DNA of 63,000 nucleotides, the filler included, from an uncultured bacterium (GTDB taxonomy: Bacteria; CAZSTA01): NCBI GenBank assembly GCA_964609495.1. It is 3 parts of 3 records of this genome, joined end to end, with 100 filler letters (N's around TTAATTAATTAA, not from the genome) between each part and the next. Parts side by side here need not be neighbours in the genome. Positions count along the whole stretch, not along the records: positions 1 to 21,060 come from CAZSTA010000043.1; 2 more parts are not named here. One strand, 5' to 3'. Below the pieces are notes generated by a model that saw only the letters and a program-made list of their open reading frames with translations, was not told where the DNA came from and did not search any database. A program made the translations under genes and the position numbers. Positions 9,582 to 17,926 of this stretch are shown one piece after another (the first letter of the stretch is position 1; each line of letters starts with the position of its first letter).

Positions 9582-10691
9582 ATGTTTAACTTGATCTTGG
9601 AAGGGAAAGATTTCGAGAAGAGCTTAGTGGTTCTGCTCTTATCAGTGGCGATATTACTATCTATCTGTGGCTGTGAACGCTGTGGCTCACCTGCTCCTCC
9701 CATACTGTCTCCTCCTGGCAGAGATAGGACTATCTTTGCGGGAACTAATGATGGATTCTGCAAGTCTCCGTATGGAGGAGAAGGCTGGTTTTTGATTAAT
9801 AGGGGGTTAACAAATCTACATGTATCTTCCCTAGTGATCTCTCCTACTTATGCTACTGATAGGACTGTCTTTGCGGGAACTGGCTATCCAGGAGAGATCT
9901 TCAAGTCAGAAGGAGGAAGCTGGGAAAGCTGGAGGAAATGCTGGGGAATAGACATAGACAGAGGGGAAGTGTATGTCCTAGCGATCTCTCCTAATTATGC
10001 TAATGATAGCACTATCTTTGCGGGAACTTGGGGAGAGGGAGGAGGGGTCTTCAAGTCAGAAGATGGAGGAGAAAGCTGGAGAGTGGTTGGGTTACCAGGT
10101 GATACTGTGTATGCCCTAGCGATCTCTCCTAATTATGCTACTGATAGCACTATCTTTGCGGGAACTTCTCCCTATGGAAGAGCAGGAGGAGCCTACAAGT
10201 CAGAAGATGGAGGAGAAAGCTGGAGGGCGGTTAATAAGGGGTTACCAACATATACAAATGTGTTTACCCTAGTGATCTCCCCTAATTATGCTACCGACGG
10301 GATTATATTTGCGGGAACTTATTACGGAGTCTACAAATCCATCGATGGAGGAGAAAGCTGGAGGGTGGTTAATAAGGGGTTACCAACATATACAAATGTG
10401 TTTACCCTAGTGATCTCTCCTACTTATGCTACTGATGGGACTATCTTTGCGGGAACTGGCTGCTATCCAGGAGAAGTCTTCAAGTCAGAAGATAGAGGAG
10501 AAAGCTGGAGGAAGGTGTTAACAAGTCGAGATCTGATTCCCCTAGCGATCTCCCCTACTTATGCTACTGATGGGACTATCTTTGCGGGAACTTGGGGAAG
10601 GGGAGTCTTCAAGTCCACGAATGGAGGAGAAAGCTGGAGTTATAGTGGTTTGTTATATGTGCAAGCCCTAGCGATCTCTCCTAATTATTGA
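9582..10691 (+). CDS. Second 7-bladed BNR beta-propeller, probable lipoprotein (tandem paralog)
   Basis: Near-identical leader (LSICGCERCGSP); seven repeats; same LAISPNY* end. Confidence 0.85.
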   Translation: MFNLILEGKDFEKSLVVLLLSVAILLSICGCERCGSPAPPILSPPGRDRTIFAGTNDGFCKSPYGGEGWFLINRGLTNLHVSSLVISPTYATDRTVFAGTGYPGEIFKSEGGSWESWRKCWGIDIDRGEVYVLAISPNYANDSTIFAGTWGEGGGVFKSEDGGESWRVVGLPGDTVYALAISPNYATDSTIFAGTSPYGRAGGAYKSEDGGESWRAVNKGLPTYTNVFTLVISPNYATDGIIFAGTYYGVYKSIDGGESWRVVNKGLPTYTNVFTLVISPTYATDGTIFAGTGCYPGEVFKSEDRGESWRKVLTSRDLIPLAISPTYATDGTIFAGTWGRGVFKSTNGGESWSYSGLLYVQALAISPNY

Positions 10692-10755
10692 TAAATCTGG
10701 CAGTGATAGCACTATCTTTGTGGAAACTTAGGGAGGGGAGCTTTCAGATTCACCG
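10692..10755 (+). repeat. Non-coding partial extra blade
   Basis: AATCTGGCAGTGATAGCACTATCTTTGTGGAAACTTA, matching the sequence after the stop of the first propeller gene. Confidence 0.75.
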
Positions 10756-10764
10756 ATTAACCTA

Positions 10765-11751
10765 ATGAGAGAAGTAGTCATCTTATTAATAACAGTTATA
10801 TTCTCAGTGGCGCTTAATCCTATAATATGTCTTGGACTTCCTACTCTGGAGACTGGAGACATTTCTCCCTACTCGGAGGTCATATATGACTCTACGCCCA
10901 TAATAGGGGAAGTTACGATATCTCCTCCAGTCCCCGACCCCGAAATCCCCACTACTATCACCGCCGAAGTATATAGCAATTATAACCGAACGGACTTTTC
11001 AGTCTCCTCAGTCGCTCTACTATATAGCATAGACGGAATGAGTAGCTGGGATAGGATAGAGATGCTGAGGGATAATGAGGAGGATATCTGGCAAGCGCAA
11101 ATTCCAAAGCAACCTAGAGGGACTAAGGTCGATTATTACTTAGTTGTTAGAGATGAGATTGGCAATATGGCGATCGAGATACCCCGAATGGTGAGCAGGT
11201 GGCTACCCAATGATGAGGAGATGATCGCTGGGCCAATAGATCGCAACGATCTAGATCGAGTTCTACCGCCCGATTTAGATATATTAGGCACTTGGGTTGG
11301 CTATAATGAAGATCATCTCTACCTTAAGTTGGAATTAGAGGGCAAGATAAATGTTTATCACATTATTCCTTTAATTTTGAATGCCTATCTCATCTCGATC
11401 GGTGATCCTGAAGCCGATCCTTACGGAAACGTCTTGACTTATCCAGCTATCGTATATATACCATTGTTAGATAAGCTAAATCTCCTCTCCGATGGAGCAG
11501 TCCTGCTAGATACAAACGACTTCGAATCTATTTCTGTTCAGAATGCGAAAATACGAGTAAAAGTTCACAACAATATGATCTATCTAAGATGTCGCCGATC
11601 AGATCTAGGATCAGCATCCGCCTCCGAATATAAGATATGTTTCTTCACCATAAAAGCTGAGAACTTCTTCCCCCTCAAGATTCCTACTCCTAGAGAGGCT
11701 ACTAATTATGTAACGATATACTTAGGTGGACATTCCTACGTGGTGAATTAA
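10765..11751 (+). CDS. Secreted hypothetical protein with Ig-like domain
   Basis: Signal peptide; WQAQIPKQPRGTKVDYYLVVRD Ig-like motif. Confidence 0.7.
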   Translation: MREVVILLITVIFSVALNPIICLGLPTLETGDISPYSEVIYDSTPIIGEVTISPPVPDPEIPTTITAEVYSNYNRTDFSVSSVALLYSIDGMSSWDRIEMLRDNEEDIWQAQIPKQPRGTKVDYYLVVRDEIGNMAIEIPRMVSRWLPNDEEMIAGPIDRNDLDRVLPPDLDILGTWVGYNEDHLYLKLELEGKINVYHIIPLILNAYLISIGDPEADPYGNVLTYPAIVYIPLLDKLNLLSDGAVLLDTNDFESISVQNAKIRVKVHNNMIYLRCRRSDLGSASASEYKICFFTIKAENFFPLKIPTPREATNYVTIYLGGHSYVVN

Positions 11752-11753
11752 AC

Positions 11754-13001
11754 TTGATATCATCGAAATATAGAGCGATAATTTCGATTATAATAATTCT
11801 ACTCAGATTTAGTGGCTGTGTAGCTCCCATCAGAGAGATTAAGCGATGGCCATACTATGGAAAGTTGCGAGTGGGAGTGGCTGAGGTGGAAATAACCCCT
11901 CACTCTGGCACTCCTTTGGCGGGGTATTCCATACGACGGGGAAGACCTTTCCGATGCGTTAGAGATAGGTTATATGCTAGGGCAGTTGTATTGGATAATG
12001 GCTACGAGAGAGCGGTTATAGTATCAGTTGATCTATTGCTCATAACCAAAAAGCTATATAATCAGATCGCGGAGAGAGTTAAGGATATCACTGGGATTGA
12101 TGAGGACCACCTACTGATCGCCTCTACTCATACCCACTCTGGCCCTGGAGCTTACGATAAAACCCTCCGCTTTCTAATGGGAGAATACGACCGGCTAGTA
12201 TTCAATTTCCTGGTGGAGAGGATAAGCAGGGCTATACGCTTAGCGAATGAAAATATCATGGGAGCTAAGCTGGGTCTGGGGAGAGGCTTTGAGTATGAAT
12301 TAGCGGTTAATAGAGACAGGGAAATTGGTTCGATAGATCCAGAGATAGGAGTTATAAGGATAGATAATGAAGCAGGAGAGCCGATAGCGATTATGTATAA
12401 TTTCTCGGTGCATCCGATCAGCGATAAGAGTTTGAGGGTCTCAGCCGATTTTCCCGGATATGCCGCCAGAGTGATCAAACAAGAGACCGGAGCTATCGCT
12501 CTCTACATAAATGGTGCTCAAGGAGATGTCAATCCCGCCCATCTGAATAAGAGAAAAGGGTTCGCGGGAGCGATCGAGATGGGACGAAAATTAGGAGAGA
12601 AAGTTGCAGACATCTCCGAGGATATAGATACCACGGATGAGGTATATCTGAAGTTCGAACGACAGGAATTGATTTTGAATCCGACTAATAATTATAGGAC
12701 TTCCATCGAAGCCCTGGTGATCAATGATGCTATACTATTAGGTATTCCCGGAGAGATGTTCGTTGAACTTGGTCTGAAGATCAAAAAGGAAGTGAGGAAA
12801 CTTGGCTTCCAATATCCCTGGATAGTCGGATTAGCCAATGATCATATAGGATATATATTAACTAAGTCTGCTTACAGACGACATGAATACGAGGCTTTTC
12901 TCTCCTTTTTCGGTCCTGATCTGGGAGATTTTTTTGTCTCCGAAACGATCGATTTGGCTAAGCGTTTAGAACCTGATAATACCATCTCCGCAGTAAAATA
13001 G
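11754..13001 (+). CDS. Neutral/alkaline non-lysosomal ceramidase N-terminal-domain protein
   Basis: VGVAEVEITP, RDRLYARA, STHTHSGP, SADFPG, GAQGDVNP, IPGEMF, GYILT motifs. Confidence 0.85.
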   Translation: MISSKYRAIISIIIILLRFSGCVAPIREIKRWPYYGKLRVGVAEVEITPHSGTPLAGYSIRRGRPFRCVRDRLYARAVVLDNGYERAVIVSVDLLLITKKLYNQIAERVKDITGIDEDHLLIASTHTHSGPGAYDKTLRFLMGEYDRLVFNFLVERISRAIRLANENIMGAKLGLGRGFEYELAVNRDREIGSIDPEIGVIRIDNEAGEPIAIMYNFSVHPISDKSLRVSADFPGYAARVIKQETGAIALYINGAQGDVNPAHLNKRKGFAGAIEMGRKLGEKVADISEDIDTTDEVYLKFERQELILNPTNNYRTSIEALVINDAILLGIPGEMFVELGLKIKKEVRKLGFQYPWIVGLANDHIGYILTKSAYRRHEYEAFLSFFGPDLGDFFVSETIDLAKRLEPDNTISAVK

Positions 13002-13018
13002 AAAGGCTGTGATGATCT

Positions 13019-14221
13019 GTGACTAATAGATTATATCATCTTGATCCTTACCAGGCGGAGTTCACCGCTACGGTAAAGGATAAGAAAGTAGAAGGGGATA
13101 GAATTGAATTGATCTTAGATCAGACCTGCTTCTATCCCACCTCCGGGGGACAGCCGTTCGATACTGGGACTATCAATCATATCCCGGTAATAGATGTTTT
13201 CGAGAGGGGGGATGGAGAGATAGTTCATATCCTAAATGAGGATATAAAGACAGATACAATCGAGGGAAGAATAGATTGGGAAAGGCGTTTTGATAATATG
13301 CAACAACATTCTGGTCAACATATCCTCTCCCAATGTTTCCTCAAGATCTTCGAGGCTCAAACTACCTCCTTCCATCTGGGCGATGAGATAACTACTATAG
13401 ATATAACTAAGGATGAATTGACTTGGGAGGAAGCTGAGGAGGTAGAGAAGCTAGCTAATAGTATAGTGTTAGCGGATAAACCCATAAAAACCCATCTTAT
13501 AAGCGAGGAGCAAGCAGAGAACTTCAATTTAAGAAAGCCTCCCACTAAATCTCGTGAGAGATATATCAGGGTTGTGGAGGTAGAGGGATTCGATTTTTCT
13601 GCTTGTGGGGGAACTCATTGCTTATCCACAGGAGAGATCGGGTTGATAAAGATCAGGAGATGGGAGAGGAAGAAGGGGAATACCAGGGTAGAATTCTTTT
13701 GCGGGTGGAGGGCGATCAAGGATTACAATTGGAAACATCGGATGATAAGCGATCTGGCAGGATCGCTGACAGTGAAGGATAAGGAGCTTCATCTCGCGAT
13801 AGAAAAATTGATAGACGAGAATAGGGATATCCGAAGAGAACTAAACGAGGTAAAGGCTAGATTGCTCGATTACGAAGCCGAGGAGTTAATCGACGAGGCA
13901 ATCGAGATCGAAGAGATCAGGGTCGTGAGCGAAGTCTTTGAGGGTAGAGAGTTGGGAGAGATCAGGCAATTGGCTGGCAAGATAGCTGGTCAAGAGAAGT
14001 GCATAGCCCTGCTTGGCCTCAAAGGGGAGAAAGCCTCCCTTATCTTCGCTCGATCCGAGGATTTGGATATCAATATGAAGGAGTTAATAAAGGGAGCTTG
14101 TGTCATTATAAAGGGTAGAGGAGGCGGAAGGCCTAGCTGGGCTCAAGGCGGAGGACAGGAGGGAGATAAACTCCAAGAGGCTCTTGATTTCGCGATCGAA
14201 TGTTTAACCAAAGGTAAATAA
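13019..14221 (+). CDS. alaX: Alanyl-tRNA editing protein AlaX-L (DHHA1 C-terminal domain)
   Basis: FYPTSGGQPFD, MQQHSGQH, CGGTH, GGGRPSWAQGG. Confidence 0.9.
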   Translation: MTNRLYHLDPYQAEFTATVKDKKVEGDRIELILDQTCFYPTSGGQPFDTGTINHIPVIDVFERGDGEIVHILNEDIKTDTIEGRIDWERRFDNMQQHSGQHILSQCFLKIFEAQTTSFHLGDEITTIDITKDELTWEEAEEVEKLANSIVLADKPIKTHLISEEQAENFNLRKPPTKSRERYIRVVEVEGFDFSACGGTHCLSTGEIGLIKIRRWERKKGNTRVEFFCGWRAIKDYNWKHRMISDLAGSLTVKDKELHLAIEKLIDENRDIRRELNEVKARLLDYEAEELIDEAIEIEEIRVVSEVFEGRELGEIRQLAGKIAGQEKCIALLGLKGEKASLIFARSEDLDINMKELIKGACVIIKGRGGGRPSWAQGGGQEGDKLQEALDFAIECLTKGK

Positions 14222-14236
14222 ATTTACGAATATCTA

Positions 14237-14265
14237 TTGACCTATCAGATAATTTTTGATAAAAT
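14237..14265 (+). promoter_or_regulatory. Sigma70 promoter
   Basis: TTGACC-17bp-TAAAAT. Confidence 0.65.
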
Positions 14266-14310
14266 AGATATGGTGGGTATCACTCCTGTCCTCAACAGGA
14301 GGGGAGGGAT

Positions 14311-14868
14311 ATGGTAAAAAGAGCGATTGATATAGTGATTTCTTCGCTAGGACTGATAATATTAGCACCTCTGTTTCTAGTGGTTGCTATACTTATTAAG
14401 AGAGATTCTCCGGGTCCGGTATTTTTTCGCCAGATAAGGATTGGGAGAGATGAAAAGCCATTTCTGATCTGTAAGTTCAGGACTATGGTGGAGAATGCCC
14501 CTCGCCTCGGTCCCGAACTCACTCAGAAGGATGATCCTCGAATAACTAGGGTGGGTAGGATATTGCGTCGAACTAGTATAGATGAGCTTCCTCAATTGAT
14601 AAACGTCCTCAAGGGGGAGATGAGCTTAATAGGGCCTAGACCAGAAATTCCCTCCATCGTAAGGAATTATACTCCTAAGCAGAAGAAGGTCTTAAAGGTT
14701 AAGCCAGGGATGACAGGTTTATCTCAAGTGAATGGTCGAGATACTCTCTCTCTATCTAAGAAGTTAAGAATAGACTTAGAATATGTCAAGAAGCAGTCTA
14801 TACTCTTAGATGTGTATATCTTATTTAAGACTTTATCCGTGATCTTCTCCTCCAAAGGAGTAAATTAG
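14311..14868 (+). CDS. Monotopic phosphoglycosyl transferase (bacterial sugar transferase)
   Basis: KRAIDI, KFRTM, DPRITRVG, DELPQLINVLKGEMSLIGPRP, PGMTGLSQV. Confidence 0.92.
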   Translation: MVKRAIDIVISSLGLIILAPLFLVVAILIKRDSPGPVFFRQIRIGRDEKPFLICKFRTMVENAPRLGPELTQKDDPRITRVGRILRRTSIDELPQLINVLKGEMSLIGPRPEIPSIVRNYTPKQKKVLKVKPGMTGLSQVNGRDTLSLSKKLRIDLEYVKKQSILLDVYILFKTLSVIFSSKGVN

Positions 14869-14951
14869 CTCTTATCTACGGAACAGAGGAATCTACCGAC
14901 TTCAATTGAGCACTCCCTCCTAAAATATCGCGGTTATGATAGGTATGTAAT

Positions 14952-14968
14952 TTAAGTAGTTTCAAAGA
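14952..14968 (+). repeat. Isolated terminal repeat of MITE family A
   Basis: TTAAGTAGTTTCAAAGA is the reverse complement of 35378-35394. Confidence 0.7.
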
Positions 14969-14974
14969 GGCGAT

Positions 14975-15433
14975 ATGATCGAGAAAGCATGCCTCGATAA
15001 GGCTGAAGAGATTCTGTCGGTGATCAACACGAGCAATCGAGAAGCATATAAGAGTGTGATCCCGAAGGAACACTTCAGGGAACCTGTTCTATCTCTAGAG
15101 GAGCTCTTAGAGGATTTTGAGAAGATGACGTTTTACGTCTATAAGAGCGGAAGTAGGATTGTTGGTGTCGCGGCTCTACAGATCGAAAGTGAGGGAACTG
15201 GGAGGATTCGCTTGGTTTACATACTTCCGGAACATCAAAGGAAGGGAATCGGAACTGCTTTAGTAACCTGTCTGGAACGGAAAGCTGGAGAGATAGACCT
15301 CAGAAGATTGAGGCTCCTCACCATAGGGGGTGCCAAGTGGGCAGTCAACTTCTACAAGAAGTTGGGATATAATTTGGCTGACAAGATTGAGAGGCCTTGG
15401 GGCTTTGACGTGTTTATGGAAAAAGAGTTATAG
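14975..15433 (+). CDS. GNAT family N-acetyltransferase
   Basis: YILPEHQRKGIG acetyl-CoA motif, AVNFYKKLGY. Confidence 0.9.
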   Translation: MIEKACLDKAEEILSVINTSNREAYKSVIPKEHFREPVLSLEELLEDFEKMTFYVYKSGSRIVGVAALQIESEGTGRIRLVYILPEHQRKGIGTALVTCLERKAGEIDLRRLRLLTIGGAKWAVNFYKKLGYNLADKIERPWGFDVFMEKEL

Positions 15434-15443
15434 TTAACTCTCA

Positions 15444-15502
15444 GTGTTGGAAAGAATGGTAAGAAAGTAGCGATAATTCCAGAGATAGGGTAAAAATGGA
15501 TC
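15444..15502 (+). repeat. Fragment of repeat family D (GTGTTGGAA end)
   Basis: Matches the reverse complement of 22832-22894. Confidence 0.7.
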
Positions 15503-15534
15503 ATAACATTTTACTGCTTTTTTCTAATTTTTAA

Positions 15535-15781
15535 TAGTTAGTCTCAAAAAAGTTTCTGGATGTTTTATTGAGATATTCGAGATCAAATTATGCCTTGAAC
15601 TCACCTTAAATCACCCTCCCCTAGCCCCTCCCTTGACGGGAGGGGAAACTAGTTTTATCAAGAGAAGGTCTTAATTACGTTCCCTCTCCCCTTGTGGGAG
15701 AGGGATAGGGTGAGGGGGTTACATCTTGAACTCACTATCGCAAAACTAAGGATAGGAAATTATCTATTTGAAACTGCTTAA
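15535..15781 (-). mobile_element. MITE/REP-like element family A (two G/C hairpins)
   Basis: CCCCTCCC-TTGAC-GGGAGGGG and CCCTCTCCC-CTTGT-GGGAGAGGG hairpins; end TTTGAAACTGCTTAA; aligns with 25387-25572 and 35165-35394. Confidence 0.8.
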
Positions 15782-15809
15782 ATTCATATCCTCAAGGGGG
15801 TGAGAATGG

Positions 15810-16892
15810 ATGGAGAAAGTGAAGATAGGTTTTGTGGGCTGTGGTTATATGAGTCAGTTGGTGCATCTACCTTGTTTCATCAGCTTAGATAATTGTGAGG
15901 TGGTAGCTTTAGCAGCTAGAAGAGGAGATCGGAGGGGTAAGGTGGCGAGAAAGTTCAACATTCCTAGAGAATATGCCTCTCATAAGAAGTTAGCGAAAGA
16001 CGAGGATATCAAGGCGGTTGTTACTGTGCTTCCTCCGGAGATCAATCCTAGGGTGACCATTGACTTAGCCGAGGCTGGAAAGGATATGATGATCGAAAAA
16101 CCTATGGCTATCTCGGTTAAAGAAGCTCAAAAGATGGTGGATGCGGCTAAGGCGAATGGTGTAAAACTGATGTTGGCTTATATGAAGAGATACGATTCGG
16201 GAGTGGAAAGAGCAAAACAGTTCATTGACGAGGTATTGAGTACCGGAGAGATGGGCGATATCCTTTACGGTGTAGGTCATTGTTTCCTGGGGGGAAACTG
16301 GACAGCAAATATCGAAAACCTCGCTAAGGTCATCAGGACTACTGAGCTTGCGGAAGAACCCGAAGATATAGACCCTGGTCCAGAGTGGTTGACTGGCAAG
16401 TTGAAGGAGAAAATGTATACACACGATAACGCCTATTATCACTTCATTCATGTTCACTCTCATAATATCAATCTTCTAAGATACTTACTAGGAGATCCTC
16501 TTGATATCAGCTATGCGGGAATGGATGGAGATGTAAACCTTGTTATACTCCGCTATGATGGCTTCCCAGTAACCTTAGAAGTAGGAGGTCCTATCTCTCA
16601 CAATGGCTTTGATGAGGAGACGAAGATATACTTTAATCATGGTTGGATCAAGATAAATACCCCTCCTCCGCTCTTGAGAAACGTTCCAGCGAAAGTTGAG
16701 ATATATCGCGCGGGAAATAAGCAGGAGATGAGCGAAGTCTATACTGGGTGGGATTGGTCGTTCCGAAGGCAGGCGGAACACTTTATAGATTGCGTATTAA
16801 ACGATCGCGAGCCCAGATCGACAGGGGAGGATTCTCTTGGAGATATCAAAGTCGTAGAAAGCATATTCAAGAAGTATATAAACATAGAATAG
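15810..16892 (+). CDS. Gfo/Idh/MocA family oxidoreductase
   Basis: IGFVGCG, IEKPMA, YMKRYD. Confidence 0.9.
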   Translation: MEKVKIGFVGCGYMSQLVHLPCFISLDNCEVVALAARRGDRRGKVARKFNIPREYASHKKLAKDEDIKAVVTVLPPEINPRVTIDLAEAGKDMMIEKPMAISVKEAQKMVDAAKANGVKLMLAYMKRYDSGVERAKQFIDEVLSTGEMGDILYGVGHCFLGGNWTANIENLAKVIRTTELAEEPEDIDPGPEWLTGKLKEKMYTHDNAYYHFIHVHSHNINLLRYLLGDPLDISYAGMDGDVNLVILRYDGFPVTLEVGGPISHNGFDEETKIYFNHGWIKINTPPPLLRNVPAKVEIYRAGNKQEMSEVYTGWDWSFRRQAEHFIDCVLNDREPRSTGEDSLGDIKVVESIFKKYINIE

Positions 16893-16906
16893 GAGGAATC
16901 ATAGAT

Positions 16907-17899
16907 ATGCTGGGAGTTCAAATGTTGGGAAGGGGCAAAGTTATAGTGAAGGAATTTCCCGATCCATCTCCTAAAGAAGGCGAAGTTCTAATTAAGGTTA
17001 AAGCCTCTGGTTTATGCGGAAGTGAATTGGGTGCATTTCGAGGAGCTGAAGAGCGACCTTCTAACACCGGGCATGAAGTCGCGGGAGTTGTAGTCGATGC
17101 CACCTCCTCAAGCCGATTAAAGGAAGGTGATCGAGTAGGAGTGCACGCTATTCATGGCTGTGGCAAGTGCAGATGGTGTATGGCTGGTCAATATACCTTC
17201 TGTGATAATTTGAGCGTTCCTGGAGGCACTCATGCCGAGCTGATCGCCGTTCCCGATCACGTCTGCTTGAAGCTTCCTGACGAAGCTCCCTTCGATGTCG
17301 GGGTGCTTTTGACCGGTGATGGAATAGGCCTTCCCTATCACGTAAGTCGAAAGCTGAATACTAGGGGAGGGGAAGTGGTCTGCATTATAGGAGCAGGTCC
17401 GGTGGGATTAGGAAACATAATAATGCAGAGCTTCCTAGGAACTTATGTGATCGCGGTTGACATTAATGACTATCGCTTATCCTTAGCTGAGGAGCTGGGA
17501 GCCGCCGAAACCATCAATCCCAATGCAGATGATCTTCCTAAAACAGTAGAAGAGATAACCAAAGGGGTGATGGCTGATAAGTGTATCTTGGCAGTGGGAA
17601 TACAAGAGGCTATCCCGATGGCTCTGAAATGCATAGGAAAGGGTGGCTCGATAATGGTGGTTGGGGAATATAGTAAAGAAGTGCCTATCATCCCCAGCAG
17701 AGATCTAATCAGAAAAGATATCTCGTTAATGGGAGTCTGGTATTATCACTATTCAGAATATCCCCATATAATAGATTTCTATAGAAGAGGATTACCTGTG
17801 GAGAAGATGATTACCGATCATTTCCCACTTAAGGAAGCCCAAGCGGCATTCGATAAATTCGCCGCAGGAAAGGCGGGGAAGGTTATCCTTGAACCTTAG
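16907..17899 (+). CDS. Zinc-dependent alcohol/polyol dehydrogenase (MDR)
   Basis: GLCGSE, GHEVAG, CGKCRWC...C, GAGPVG; start ATG 16907 after AGGAGG. Confidence 0.9.
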   Translation: MLGVQMLGRGKVIVKEFPDPSPKEGEVLIKVKASGLCGSELGAFRGAEERPSNTGHEVAGVVVDATSSSRLKEGDRVGVHAIHGCGKCRWCMAGQYTFCDNLSVPGGTHAELIAVPDHVCLKLPDEAPFDVGVLLTGDGIGLPYHVSRKLNTRGGEVVCIIGAGPVGLGNIIMQSFLGTYVIAVDINDYRLSLAEELGAAETINPNADDLPKTVEEITKGVMADKCILAVGIQEAIPMALKCIGKGGSIMVVGEYSKEVPIIPSRDLIRKDISLMGVWYYHYSEYPHIIDFYRRGLPVEKMITDHFPLKEAQAAFDKFAAGKAGKVILEP

Positions 17900-17926
17900 T
17901 TTTGTGAATCGGAAAGGAGGAAAGAA

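Noticed and set aside
8420-10755. CRISPR array or DGR template/variable repeats
   Set aside because: The repeats are in-frame protein blades; variation includes indels and is not confined to adenines; no cas or reverse transcriptase gene is in the window
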